Origin: Escherichia coli
Lineage (GTDB): Bacteria > Pseudomonadota > Gammaproteobacteria > Enterobacterales > Enterobacteriaceae
DNA length: 64,000 nucleotides
Direction: 5' to 3' (one strand)
NCBI RefSeq assembly: GCF_003790525.1
Contig: NZ_CP033635.1
This document shows, one piece after another, positions 21,199-34,094 of this stretch. The position numbers were made by a program, and so were the translations under genes. The notes below the pieces were generated by a model. The model did not search any database. It was given only the letters and a program-made list of their open reading frames with translations, and was not told where the DNA came from. Each line of letters starts with the position of its first letter. Position 1 is the stretch's first letter.

Positions 21199-21585
21199 TC
21201 ACTTGGCGATATGCGCAATTGTGGCGATTTCCACCAGTGCGTCAGGTTTTACCAGTCCGCACTGAATGCAGAATCGCGCCGGTTTATCACCCGGAAAAAA
21301 CTCGGCGTAGATTTCGTTAATCGCGGCGTAATTTTTCCAGTCGGTAATAAAGATGCTGTTGAAGGTCACATCCGCCATTGTGCCACCCGCCGTCTCGATC
21401 ACCTTGCGGATGGTTTCCAGAACGTGGCGGGTTTGCGCCTTTGGGTCATCGGCAAACAGCACGTTATTATGTTGATCAAAAGCCAGCGTACCGGAGACAT
21501 ACACCACGCCATCAGCCAGCGTGCCGGGAACGAAGGGGGCCAGCGGTGCGCTGCTGCCAGCGGGAATAATTACGGATTTTGGCAT
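21199..21585 (-). CDS. rutC: Aminoacrylate peracid reductase RutC (RidA/YjgF family)
   Basis: 128-aa [40 protein letters not shown]... Confidence 0.9.
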
Positions 21586-21596
21586 CGTTAAACTCC

Positions 21597-23436
<1,840 letters not shown>

Positions 23437-23464
23437 ATCCTTTTCAGCCGCGTAATGGCTTGTT

Positions 23465-23480
23465 TGCAAAGCGGATGCCA
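23465..23480 (-). promoter_or_regulatory. Sigma54 (-24/-12) promoter element for the rut operon
   Basis: Minus-strand TGGCAT-ccgct-TTGCA with consensus GG/GC spacing, about 30 bp upstream of the rutA ATG. Confidence 0.55.
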
Positions 23481-23544
23481 GTTTTTAAAAAGCGAATGTT
23501 ATTAATGTGTTAATGTTTGGTTGTCTGAAATATCTGGAAAAAAG

Positions 23545-23560
23545 TGGACTAAACGGTCAA
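23545..23560. promoter_or_regulatory. Candidate RutR operator in the rutR-rutA intergenic region
   Basis: TGGACTAAACGGTCAA resembles the RutR palindrome TTGACCAnnTGGTCAA (imperfect). Confidence 0.35.
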
Positions 23561-23666
23561 AACAGTTGCACATAAAACATGCATCCGTGCGCGATGAGAG
23601 TGCAGAAGGTCGAGGCCGGGCGGGGGTTTTGCTATCCTGTTGCCAATCTACAAGAGGGGAGAGCGC

Positions 23667-24305
23667 ATGACGCAAGGCGCAGTGAAAATAACGGGTAAAC
23701 GTTCGCGCGCAGTAAGCGCGAAGAAAAAAGCGATTCTTAGCGCAGCACTGGACACTTTTTCACAATTCGGTTTTCACGGCACAAGGCTGGAGCAGATCGC
23801 AGAGTTGGCAGGCGTTTCAAAAACCAATCTGCTGTATTACTTCCCGTCAAAAGAGGCGCTGTATATAGCCGTACTGCGGCAGATTCTCGATATCTGGCTG
23901 GCACCGTTAAAAGCGTTTCGTGAAGATTTCGCCCCGCTGGCGGCGATCAAAGAGTACATCCGTCTGAAGCTGGAAGTCTCACGCGATTATCCGCAGGCTT
24001 CACGTCTGTTTTGTATGGAGATGCTGGCAGGCGCGCCGTTGTTAATGGATGAACTGACGGGCGATTTGAAGGCATTAATTGATGAGAAATCGGCGCTGAT
24101 TGCCGGTTGGGTAAAAAGCGGCAAACTCGCGCCGATTGATCCGCAGCATTTGATTTTTATGATTTGGGCTTCCACTCAACATTACGCCGATTTCGCCCCT
24201 CAGGTGGAGGCGGTGACAGGCGCGACGTTGCGCGATGAGGTATTTTTCAATCAAACGGTTGAAAACGTGCAGCGGATTATTATTGAGGGGATTCGACCAC
24301 GTTAA
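23667..24305 (+). CDS. rutR: TetR-family pyrimidine utilisation regulator RutR
   Basis: ATG 23667 (MTQGAVKITGKRSRAVSAKKKAILSAALDTFSQFGFHGTRLEQIAELAGVSKTNLLYYF...), TetR HTH, 212 aa. Confidence 0.9.
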   Translation: MTQGAVKITGKRSRAVSAKKKAILSAALDTFSQFGFHGTRLEQIAELAGVSKTNLLYYFPSKEALYIAVLRQILDIWLAPLKAFREDFAPLAAIKEYIRLKLEVSRDYPQASRLFCMEMLAGAPLLMDELTGDLKALIDEKSALIAGWVKSGKLAPIDPQHLIFMIWASTQHYADFAPQVEAVTGATLRDEVFFNQTVENVQRIIIEGIRPR

Positions 24306-24344
24306 AGATGCCGGAGGAGGTTGTAACATCCTCCGGCTACCTGT

Positions 24345-27300
24345 TTAACCGATCGTCATTAAACTGGCGTTACCGCCAGCGGCAGCGGTATTCACACTCA
24401 GCGAACGCTCGATATACAGCCGTTCCAGAAGGATATTGCTTTCGCCACGGGCAAAACCCTGCACCGAAACAATTGCACCATCCCGCGCGGCAACGGCTTC
24501 ACACAATGCGCGAAGCTGATCCGAATCACCGTGGAAGATCACCGCATCAAAGGGTTGAGCGGTTATATTTTCCGCTTTCGCCAGTTGAATACGTTCGCTG
24601 ACTGCCGATGGCAATGCCTTCACTAACTGATGATGCAGCGTGTCATCCGGCCACAGTACCTGGCTGCCCACCGCCAGCACGGCGGCGAGCTGAGTCAGCG
24701 CATCCTGTTCATCATCCGCGATACACAATACGCGCTCACGCGGCAGCAGCGTCCAGGTGTTGCGTTCACCCGTCGGCCCTGGCAGCAATCGTTGTGTTCC
24801 TGCCTGCGCCAGCTCGCCATATTGCGTACATAACGCCTGCAATTCTGGACGGTTTGCCGCCCATTCCCGCAGTGCATTTAGCGGCTGAGTCAATGCGGCT
24901 TTCAACTGCGCATCGACCGGATACTCTGCGTCCTGACGCGCGAGCGTCACTGCCAGCGCACTTTCTGGGCGATTCGCCAGCAGACGGTAGAGATAGAGCG
25001 GACCGCCTGCTTTCGGCCCGGTGCCGGACAACCCTTCGCCGCCGAATGGTTGCACCCCAACCACTGCGCCCACCATATTACGGTTAACGTACAGATTACC
25101 GACATGCGCCGAGCCAGTGACCTGGGCGATGGTTTCATCAATGCGCGTATGGACGCCAAGCGTCAGACCATAACCGGAAGCGTTAATCTGCTCGATCAGC
25201 GCCGGCAGCTGGTTACGGTTGTAACGCACCACATGCAGCACCGGACCAAAGACCTCTTTTTGTAATTCGGCAAAGTCATCCAGTTCGATCAGCGTCGGAG
25301 CGACAAAGGTGCCGCTTTGCCATTCACGGGTATCTTCGCTGTTTTCCCGCACCGCCTGGAACACCTGACGGCCTTTACTACGCATGGTCTGAATATGACG
25401 CTCGATATTGGCTTTCGCTTCGCTATCAATCACCGGACCGATATCGGTGGTCAGGCGACCCGGATTACCCATCCGGCATTCGGCCATTGCGCCGCGCAGC
25501 ATTTTCAGCGTGTGGTCGGCAATCTCATCTTGCAGGCACAGCACGCGCAGTGCCGAACAACGCTGACCTGCACTGTCGAACGCCGAGGCCAGCACATCTA
25601 TTACGACTTGTTCGGTCAGTGCTGAAGAATCGACAATCATCGCGTTCATGCCGCCGGTTTCAGCGATGAGCGGAATAGGGCGACCCTGAGCGTCCAGGCG
25701 GCTGGCGATATTGCGCTGCAGTAACGTAGCGACTTCGGTTGAACCGGTAAACATCACCCCGCGCACGCGATCATCACCCGTCAGTTGCGCGCCCACGGTT
25801 TCACCCCGACCGGGCAGCAATTGCACCACGCCTGGCGGTACACCCGCTTCCAGCAAAATGGCGATCCCTTGCGCGGCAATCAGCGGCGTTTGTTCTGCCG
25901 GTTTTGCCAGCACGCTGTTACCTGCCGCCAGTGCGGCAGCGATCTGTCCGGTGAAAATCGCCAGCGGGAAGTTCCACGGACTGATACATACCACAGGCCC
26001 TAATGGACGGTGGGTTTCGTTAGCGAAATCATCCCGCACCTGTCCGGCATAGTAGTGGAGAAAATCGACCGCTTCGCGCACTTCGGCAATGGCGTTACTG
26101 AAGGTTTTTCCGGCTTCACGCACCAGAATACCAATCAGTTGCTGCATCTGGCTTTCCATTAGCACGGCAGCGCGATGCAAAATTGCCGCGCGTTCAGCCG
26201 GAGGCGTGGCAAACCAGATTGGCGCGTTATTAACCGCACTTTCCAGCGCCTGTTCTACTTCACGCGGCGTGGCTTCACGCACATAGCCCACAATATCTTT
26301 CGGTTCCGCAGGGTTAATAACGGGCGACATCTCACCTGCCGCTACCGGTTGTTCCAGCATTGGCAAGGACTGCCATTTTTGCAGTGCACTATTGAGCAGG
26401 GCTGAAGAGAGCGAGGCCAGACGGTGTTCGTTAGCGAGATCCAGCCCTGCCGAGTTGTCGCGCCCGTGACCGTAAAGATCGCGCGGCAGGGGAATTTTCG
26501 GATGCGGTAATCCAGTTTGCCCTTCCTGTTGTGCCAGTTTTTCTACAGCAGTGACTGGATCGGCGACCAGTTCATCCAGTGGCAAAGAGGTGTCGGCAAT
26601 ACGGTTAACAAACGAGGTGTTAGCACCGTTTTCCAGCAGGCGGCGCACCAGATACGCCAGCAGCGTTTCATGTGTACCGACCGGAGCATAAATACGACAC
26701 GGACGGTTAAGTTTGCCGTCGGCAACTTTCCCGGTGACCTGCTCATACAGTGGTTCGCCCATACCATGCAGGCACTGGAACTCGTACTGACCCGGGTAGT
26801 AGTTTTGACCCGCCAGTTGATAAATCGCTGCCAGCGTATGGGCGTTGTGCGTCGCGAACTGCGGGTAGATTAAATTCGGCACCGCCAGCAGTTTTTTCGC
26901 ACAGGCAAGATAAGAAACGTCGGTATACACCTTGCGGGTATAAACCGGATAACCTTCAAGGCCGTCCATCTGTGCACGCTTGATTTCACTATCCCAGTAC
27001 GCGCCTTTCACCAGGCGAATCATCAGACGGCGACGGCTGCGGGTGGCGAGATCAATCAGGTAATCGATCACCAACGGGCAGCGTTTTTGATAAGCCTGAA
27101 TAACAAAACCGATGCCGTTCCAGCCTGCCAGTTCCGGCTCGAAACAGAGTTTTTCCAGCAGATCGAGGGAGATCTCCAGACGATCGGCCTCTTCGGCATC
27201 GATGTTAATACCAATATCGTACTGACGCGCCAGCAGGGTGAGTGATTTCAGACGTGGGTAAAGCTCTTCCATTACCCGGTCATACTGGGCGCGGCTGTAA

Positions 27301-28307
27301 CGCGGATGCAGCGCCGACAGCTTGATTGAAATGCCTGGACCTTCATAGATGCCACGACCATTGGACGCTTTACCAATGGCGTGAATCGCCTGTTGATAGG
27401 AAACCATATACGCCTGTGCATCTGCGGCAGTCAGCGCGGCTTCGCCCAGCATATCGTAAGAGTAACGGAAACCTTTCTCTTCCAGCTTGCGGGCATTGGC
27501 TAACGCTTCCGCGATGGTTTCGCCAGTGACGAACTGCTCTCCCATCAGGCGCATCGCCATATCCACACCTTTGCGGATCAGCGGTTCACCGCTCTTACCG
27601 ATAATGCGGTTCAGCGAGCGGGAGAGACTGGCTTCGTTATGGGTGGAAACCAGTTTGCCGGTAAACAGCAGCCCCCAGGTGGCGGCATTAACAAACAAAG
27701 ACGGGCTACGACCAATGTGTGACTGCCAGTTACCGTTGCTGATTTTGTCGCGAATTAACGCGTCCCGGGTGGCTTTGTCGGGAATACGCAACAACGCTTC
27801 TGCCAGACACATCAGCGCCACGCCTTCCTGCGATGACAGCGAAAACTCCTGCAATAACCCCTGGACCATACCTGCGCGACCACTGGCATTTTTTTGATTA
27901 CGCAGTTTATCGGCCAGTTGATACGCCAGTTTATGCGCCTGTTCAGCAACTGGTTGCGGCAGGCGGGCTTGTTCCAGCAGCATCGAAACCGCTTCGGTTT
28001 CCGGGCGGCGATAGGCCGCGGTGATCGCGGCGCGGGAAACCGACTGGGGCAAAATTTGCTCGGCAAAGTCGAGGAATGGCTGGTGTGGTTCCTCTGCCGG
28101 AGTCGGTGCTTCATCGCTCTCATTGGCCGCGCCAGAAAGCAGCGCAGGTAGCTCCGGCAGAGTATCGCTGTTTTCCAGTTGTTCAAGATAAGAAAAAATC
28201 GCCTGCTTAATTAACCAGTGTGGCGTGCGATCGATACGTGTCGCGGCAGACTTAATACGCTCACGCGTCGCGTCGTCCAGCTTAACCCCCATGGTGGTGG
28301 TTCCCAT
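24345..28307 (-). CDS. putA: Bifunctional proline dehydrogenase / P5C dehydrogenase and transcriptional repressor PutA
   Basis: ATG at 28305-28307 (MGTTTMGVKLDDATRERIKSAA...), 1320 aa; RHH DNA-binding N-terminus, PRODH and aldehyde dehydrogenase domains. Confidence 0.95.
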   Translation of the reverse strand: MGTTTMGVKLDDATRERIKSAATRIDRTPHWLIKQAIFSYLEQLENSDTLPELPALLSGAANESDEAPTPAEEPHQPFLDFAEQILPQSVSRAAITAAYRRPETEAVSMLLEQARLPQPVAEQAHKLAYQLADKLRNQKNASGRAGMVQGLLQEFSLSSQEGVALMCLAEALLRIPDKATRDALIRDKISNGNWQSHIGRSPSLFVNAATWGLLFTGKLVSTHNEASLSRSLNRIIGKSGEPLIRKGVDMAMRLMGEQFVTGETIAEALANARKLEEKGFRYSYDMLGEAALTAADAQAYMVSYQQAIHAIGKASNGRGIYEGPGISIKLSALHPRYSRAQYDRVMEELYPRLKSLTLLARQYDIGINIDAEEADRLEISLDLLEKLCFEPELAGWNGIGFVIQAYQKRCPLVIDYLIDLATRSRRRLMIRLVKGAYWDSEIKRAQMDGLEGYPVYTRKVYTDVSYLACAKKLLAVPNLIYPQFATHNAHTLAAIYQLAGQNYYPGQYEFQCLHGMGEPLYEQVTGKVADGKLNRPCRIYAPVGTHETLLAYLVRRLLENGANTSFVNRIADTSLPLDELVADPVTAVEKLAQQEGQTGLPHPKIPLPRDLYGHGRDNSAGLDLANEHRLASLSSALLNSALQKWQSLPMLEQPVAAGEMSPVINPAEPKDIVGYVREATPREVEQALESAVNNAPIWFATPPAERAAILHRAAVLMESQMQQLIGILVREAGKTFSNAIAEVREAVDFLHYYAGQVRDDFANETHRPLGPVVCISPWNFPLAIFTGQIAAALAAGNSVLAKPAEQTPLIAAQGIAILLEAGVPPGVVQLLPGRGETVGAQLTGDDRVRGVMFTGSTEVATLLQRNIASRLDAQGRPIPLIAETGGMNAMIVDSSALTEQVVIDVLASAFDSAGQRCSALRVLCLQDEIADHTLKMLRGAMAECRMGNPGRLTTDIGPVIDSEAKANIERHIQTMRSKGRQVFQAVRENSEDTREWQSGTFVAPTLIELDDFAELQKEVFGPVLHVVRYNRNQLPALIEQINASGYGLTLGVHTRIDETIAQVTGSAHVGNLYVNRNMVGAVVGVQPFGGEGLSGTGPKAGGPLYLYRLLANRPESALAVTLARQDAEYPVDAQLKAALTQPLNALREWAANRPELQALCTQYGELAQAGTQRLLPGPTGERNTWTLLPRERVLCIADDEQDALTQLAAVLAVGSQVLWPDDTLHHQLVKALPSAVSERIQLAKAENITAQPFDAVIFHGDSDQLRALCEAVAARDGAIVSVQGFARGESNILLERLYIERSLSVNTAAAGGNASLMTIG

Positions 28308-28729
28308 GCCATTACTCCTGTTGTTCTGAAAGGTGCAACTTAACGTTATCGTGAAATATCCATGATGTTGCAACTTTGTGCAACCATGTTAAATGTGACC
28401 TGCGTAGCAAGCTTAAAAATGAATGAAATGTTAATAAAAGAAATCGATATGACAGGGATTAAAAAAATAACTCAGACTTTTTCTCTGCGGCAGTTAACAT
28501 TTTTGAAAGGTGCAACCGCAAAAAATGTGAGAGAGTGCAACCTGATGAAAAATAGTGTCGCTGAGCACTAAAATTTAATGTAAATGGTGTGTTAAATCGA
28601 TTGTGAATAACCAGCGCTTCCGGCAGGATACGGTCGCCCTGGTAAAACATAAACTCTGTTACCCCGTTCCGGTGGCAGATATAACGGCAAGTTTCGACAT
28701 TGCCGATAATAATTTTTTGGAGACTTTAG
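28308..28729. promoter_or_regulatory. put control region (divergent putA/putP promoters) with multiple PutA operator motifs
   Basis: GTTGCA/TGCAAC motifs at about 28332-28339, 28367-28374, 28378-28385, 28509-28517 and 28545-28552. Confidence 0.7.
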
Positions 28730-30238
<1,509 letters not shown>

Positions 30239-30282
30239 GAGAAGGCGTTTTACCGAAAATTTCACGTCATAACAGGAAGCAG

Positions 30283-30319
30283 GCAGAGGGCAATCAGTGA
30301 TTGCCCTCTGCGTTTTTTC
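30283..30319 (+). terminator. Rho-independent terminator of putP
   Basis: CAGAGGGCAATCA-g-TGATTGCCCTCTG perfect inverted repeat followed by CGTTTTTTCT. Confidence 0.65.
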
Positions 30320-30378
30320 TCAAAATATTTTTACATCTTCTCATCATTATCACTACATTCCACTTGTATTTTTCTTCA

Positions 30379-30397
30379 TCGTAATGATAATCGATAT
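30379..30397. promoter_or_regulatory. Fur-box-like motif upstream of efeU
   Basis: tcGTAATGATAATCGATAT resembles Fur consensus GATAATGATAATCATTATC; efeUOB is iron-regulated. Confidence 0.45.
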
Positions 30398-30457
30398 CAC
30401 TGCGATTTACTTTTCTTTGCATAGATTGACTCAGAAAAACGTTTAAGGGTGGGTGGC

Positions 30458-31288
30458 ATGTTTGTTCCGTTTCTCATTATGTTGCGCGAAGGACTTGAAG
30501 CCGCGCTGATTGTCAGTTTGATTGCCAGCTATCTTAAGCGTACCCAGCGAGGCCGATGGATTGGTGTGATGTGGATTGGCGTGTTGCTTGCCGCTGCGTT
30601 GTGCCTGGGCTTGGGTATCTTCATTAACGAAACCACCGGCGAATTTCCGCAAAAAGAACAGGAACTGTTTGAAGGTATCGTGGCGGTGATCGCCGTGGTG
30701 ATCCTTACCTGGATGGTTTTCTGGATGCGCAAAGTGTCGCGCAACGTCAAAGTACAACTGGAGCAGGCAGTCGACAGCGCATTGCAGCGTGGAAATCATC
30801 ATGGCTGGGCGCTGGTGATGATGGTCTTTTTTGCCGTTGCAAGGGAGGGGCTGGAGTCGGTCTTTTTCCTGCTGGCGGCGTTTCAACAAGATGTCGGGAT
30901 CTGGCCGCCGCTGGGTGCAATGCTCGGTCTTGCTACAGCCGTGGTGCTCGGCTTCCTGCTCTACTGGGGCGGTATTCGCCTCAATCTTGGTGCATTTTTT
31001 AAATGGACCAGCCTGTTTATTCTCTTCGTCGCCGCAGGGCTGGCGGCTGGTGCCATTCGCGCATTTCATGAAGCCGGATTGTGGAACCACTTTCAGGAAA
31101 TCGCCTTCGATATGAGTGCGGTGCTCTCAACTCACTCGCTGTTTGGCACGCTGATGGAAGGGATTTTTGGCTATCAGGAAGCGCCGAGTGTCAGCGAAGT
31201 CGCCGTCTGGTTTATTTATCTCATCCCGGCGCTGGTGGCATTTGTTCTGCCACCACGCGCAGGGGCGACTGCGTCCCGCTCCGTGTAG
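30458..31288 (+). CDS. efeU: Ferrous iron permease EfeU (FTR1 family), apparently intact
   Basis: ATG 30458 (MFVPFLIMLREGLEAALIVSLIASYLKRT...), uninterrupted 276 codons with two REGLE motifs. Confidence 0.85.
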   Translation: MFVPFLIMLREGLEAALIVSLIASYLKRTQRGRWIGVMWIGVLLAAALCLGLGIFINETTGEFPQKEQELFEGIVAVIAVVILTWMVFWMRKVSRNVKVQLEQAVDSALQRGNHHGWALVMMVFFAVAREGLESVFFLLAAFQQDVGIWPPLGAMLGLATAVVLGFLLYWGGIRLNLGAFFKWTSLFILFVAAGLAAGAIRAFHEAGLWNHFQEIAFDMSAVLSTHSLFGTLMEGIFGYQEAPSVSEVAVWFIYLIPALVAFVLPPRAGATASRSV

Positions 31289-31345
31289 CAAATACGACGC
31301 AAACTCTTGCTTAGTTACAACATACTTTAAAGGGATAGTCTCGTC

Positions 31346-32473
31346 ATGACCATTAACTTCCGCCGTAACGCATTGCAGTTGAGCGTGGCTGCGCTGTTCT
31401 CTTCTGCTTTTATGGCTAACGCCGCTGATATTCCGCAAGTCAAAGTGACCGTAACGGATAAGCAGTGCGAACCGATGACCATTACGGTTAACGCCGGGAA
31501 AACACAGTTCATTATTCAGAACCACAGCCAGAAGGCGCTGGAGTGGGAGATCCTGAAAGGCGTGATGGTGGTGGAAGAGCGGGAAAATATCGCCCCTGGC
31601 TTTAGCCAGAAAATGACGGCGAATTTACAGCCTGGCGAATACGATATGACCTGCGGTCTGCTGACTAACCCGAAAGGGAAGTTGATCGTCAAAGGTGAGG
31701 CAACGGCGGATGCGGCGCAAAGTGATGCGCTGTTAAGTCTTGGTGGTGCAATTACTGCATATAAAGCGTATGTCATGGCGGAAACCACGCAGCTGGTGAC
31801 CGACACCAAAGCCTTTACCGACGCGATTAAAGCAGGCGATATCGAAAAAGCGAAAGCACTGTATGCGCCGACGCGCCAGCACTATGAGCGCATTGAACCG
31901 ATTGCTGAACTGTTCTCCGATCTGGATGGCAGCATTGACGCCCGTGAAGATGATTACGAGCAAAAAGCCGCCGATCCAAAATTCACCGGTTTCCACCGTC
32001 TGGAAAAAGCATTGTTTGGCGACAACACCACCAAAGGGATGGATAAGTACGCTGACCAGCTTTATACCGATGTGGTCGATTTGCAAAAACGCATCAGTGA
32101 ACTGGCTTTCCCACCTTCAAAAGTGGTCGGCGGTGCAGCCGGACTGATTGAGGAAGTGGCAGCCAGCAAAATCAGCGGTGAAGAAGATCGCTACAGCCAC
32201 ACCGATCTGTGGGATTTCCAGGCTAACGTTGAAGGCTCGCAGAAAATTGTCGATCTGCTGCGTCCACAACTACAAAAAGCGAATCCGGAACTGCTGGCAA
32301 AAGTCGATGCCAATTTCAAAAAGGTCGATACCATTCTGGCGAAATACCGTACTAAAGACGGTTTTGAAACCTACGACAAATTGACCGATGCTGACCGTAA
32401 TGCGCTGAAAGGGCCGATTACTGCGCTGGCGGAAGATCTGGCGCAACTTCGCGGTGTGCTGGGGCTGGACTAA
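31346..32473 (+). CDS. efeO: Periplasmic iron uptake protein EfeO (cupredoxin / M75 peptidase-like)
   Basis: 375-aa ORF with signal peptide [26 protein letters not shown]. Confidence 0.9.
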   Translation: MTINFRRNALQLSVAALFSSAFMANAADIPQVKVTVTDKQCEPMTITVNAGKTQFIIQNHSQKALEWEILKGVMVVEERENIAPGFSQKMTANLQPGEYDMTCGLLTNPKGKLIVKGEATADAAQSDALLSLGGAITAYKAYVMAETTQLVTDTKAFTDAIKAGDIEKAKALYAPTRQHYERIEPIAELFSDLDGSIDAREDDYEQKAADPKFTGFHRLEKALFGDNTTKGMDKYADQLYTDVVDLQKRISELAFPPSKVVGGAAGLIEEVAASKISGEEDRYSHTDLWDFQANVEGSQKIVDLLRPQLQKANPELLAKVDANFKKVDTILAKYRTKDGFETYDKLTDADRNALKGPITALAEDLAQLRGVLGLD

Positions 32474-32478
32474 GCGTT

Positions 32479-33750
32479 ATGCAGTATGAAGATGAAAACG
32501 GCGTGAATGAACCGTCACGCCGACGTTTACTGAAAGGGATTGGTGCGTTGGCGCTGGCGGGAAGTTGTCCGGTCGCTCATGCACAAAAAACGCAAAGTGC
32601 ACCGGGCACGCTTTCACCGGATGCGCGCAGTGAAGCGCAGCCGTTTTATGGCGAACATCAGGCGGGTATTCTGACGCCGCAGCAGGCGGCAATGATGCTG
32701 GTGGCGTTTGATGTGCTTGCCAGCGATAAAACCGATCTTGAACGGTTGTTTCGCTTGTTGACTCAGCGTTTTGCTTTTCTGACTCAGGGCGGAGCGGCAC
32801 CAGAAACGCCAAATCCGCGCCTGCCACCACTCGATTCCGGCATTCTTGGCGGCTACATTGCGTCCGATAATCTCACCATAACGTTATCGGTGGGCCATTC
32901 ATTGTTTGATGAGCGGTTTGGCCTTACACCGCAGATGCCGAAAAAGTTGCAGAAAATGACGCGTTTCCCCAACGACTCGCTGGATGCGGCGTTATGTCAT
33001 GGTGATGTGTTGCTACAAATTTGCGCCAACACCCAGGACACGGTGATCCATGCGCTGCGCGATATCATCAAACACACGCCGGATTTGCTCAGCGTGCGCT
33101 GGAAGCGGGAAGGGTTTATTTCCGATCACGCAGCGCGTAGTAAAGGCAAAGAGACGCCGATAAATTTGCTGGGTTTTAAAGACGGCACAGCCAATCCCGA
33201 TAGCCAGAATGCGAAGTTGATGCAAAAAGTGGTGTGGGTGACGGCAGATCAGCAGGAGCCTGCGTGGACAATCGGTGGCAGCTATCAGGCGGTGCGGTTG
33301 ATTCAGTTTCGGGTGGAGTTTTGGGACAGAACGCCACTGAAAGAACAGCAGACGATTTTTGGTCGCGACAAACAAACTGGTGCGCCGCTGGGCATGCAGC
33401 ACGAGCATGATGTTCCCGATTACGCCAGCGATCCGGAAGGGAAGGTGATCGCGCTGGACAGCCATATTCGGCTGGCGAATCCCCGCACGCCAGAGAGTGA
33501 GTCAAGTCTGATGCTGCGTCGTGGCTACAGTTATTCACTGGGCGTCACCAACTCCGGGCAACTCGATATGGGGCTACTGTTTGTCTGCTACCAACACGAT
33601 CTGGAAAAGGGCTTCCTGACAGTACAAAAAAGGTTGAATGGCGAGGCGCTGGAGGAATATGTCAAACCTATCGGTGGCGGCTATTTCTTTGCGCTGCCGG
33701 GTGTGAAGGACGCGAACGATTATCTCGGAAGCGCATTATTGCGGGTTTAA
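32479..33750 (+). CDS. efeB: Dye-decolorising (DyP-type) peroxidase EfeB, Tat-secreted
   Basis: 423-aa ORF with twin-arginine motif [16 protein letters not shown]. Confidence 0.9.
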   Translation: MQYEDENGVNEPSRRRLLKGIGALALAGSCPVAHAQKTQSAPGTLSPDARSEAQPFYGEHQAGILTPQQAAMMLVAFDVLASDKTDLERLFRLLTQRFAFLTQGGAAPETPNPRLPPLDSGILGGYIASDNLTITLSVGHSLFDERFGLTPQMPKKLQKMTRFPNDSLDAALCHGDVLLQICANTQDTVIHALRDIIKHTPDLLSVRWKREGFISDHAARSKGKETPINLLGFKDGTANPDSQNAKLMQKVVWVTADQQEPAWTIGGSYQAVRLIQFRVEFWDRTPLKEQQTIFGRDKQTGAPLGMQHEHDVPDYASDPEGKVIALDSHIRLANPRTPESESSLMLRRGYSYSLGVTNSGQLDMGLLFVCYQHDLEKGFLTVQKRLNGEALEEYVKPIGGGYFFALPGVKDANDYLGSALLRV

Positions 33751-33759
33751 TGTTTTTAG

Positions 33760-33905
33760 GCGTATAAGGCATTCGTGCGCAGATGCCTGATGCGACGCTT
33801 GCGCGTCTTATCATGCCTACAATCGGTGCGGGTTCGGTAGGCTGAATAAGGCGGTCACGCCGCATCCGGCGTTCGTGCGTTGATGCCTGATGCGAATCCT
33901 GCTGA
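33760..33905. repeat. REP/BIME cluster between efeB and phoH
   Basis: gcctgatgcgacgcttgcgcgtcttatcatgcctac and ggcggtcacgccgcatccggcg...gatgcctgatgcg units. Confidence 0.55.
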
Positions 33906-33927
33906 AAGCACACAGCTTTTTTCATCA

Positions 33928-33945
33928 CTGTCATCACTCTGTCAT
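33928..33945 (+). promoter_or_regulatory. Pho box (PhoB binding site) upstream of phoH
   Basis: Direct repeats CTGTCAT at 33928-33934 and 33939-33945 with 11-bp periodicity. Confidence 0.55.
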
Positions 33946-34094
33946 CTTTCCAGTAGAAACTAATGTCACTGAAATGGTGTTTTATAGTTAAATATAAGTG
34001 AATATATTGTTGCAATGAATGCGAGATCTGTTGTACTTATTAAGTAGCAGCGGAAGTTCCCGGCAGTGATAGTCAGTCACTATGGAGATCGCGG

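Noticed and set aside
30443-31090. 215-aa minus-strand ORF antisense to efeU
   Set aside because: Product is His/Arg/Gln-rich low complexity; lies within the efeU coding region.
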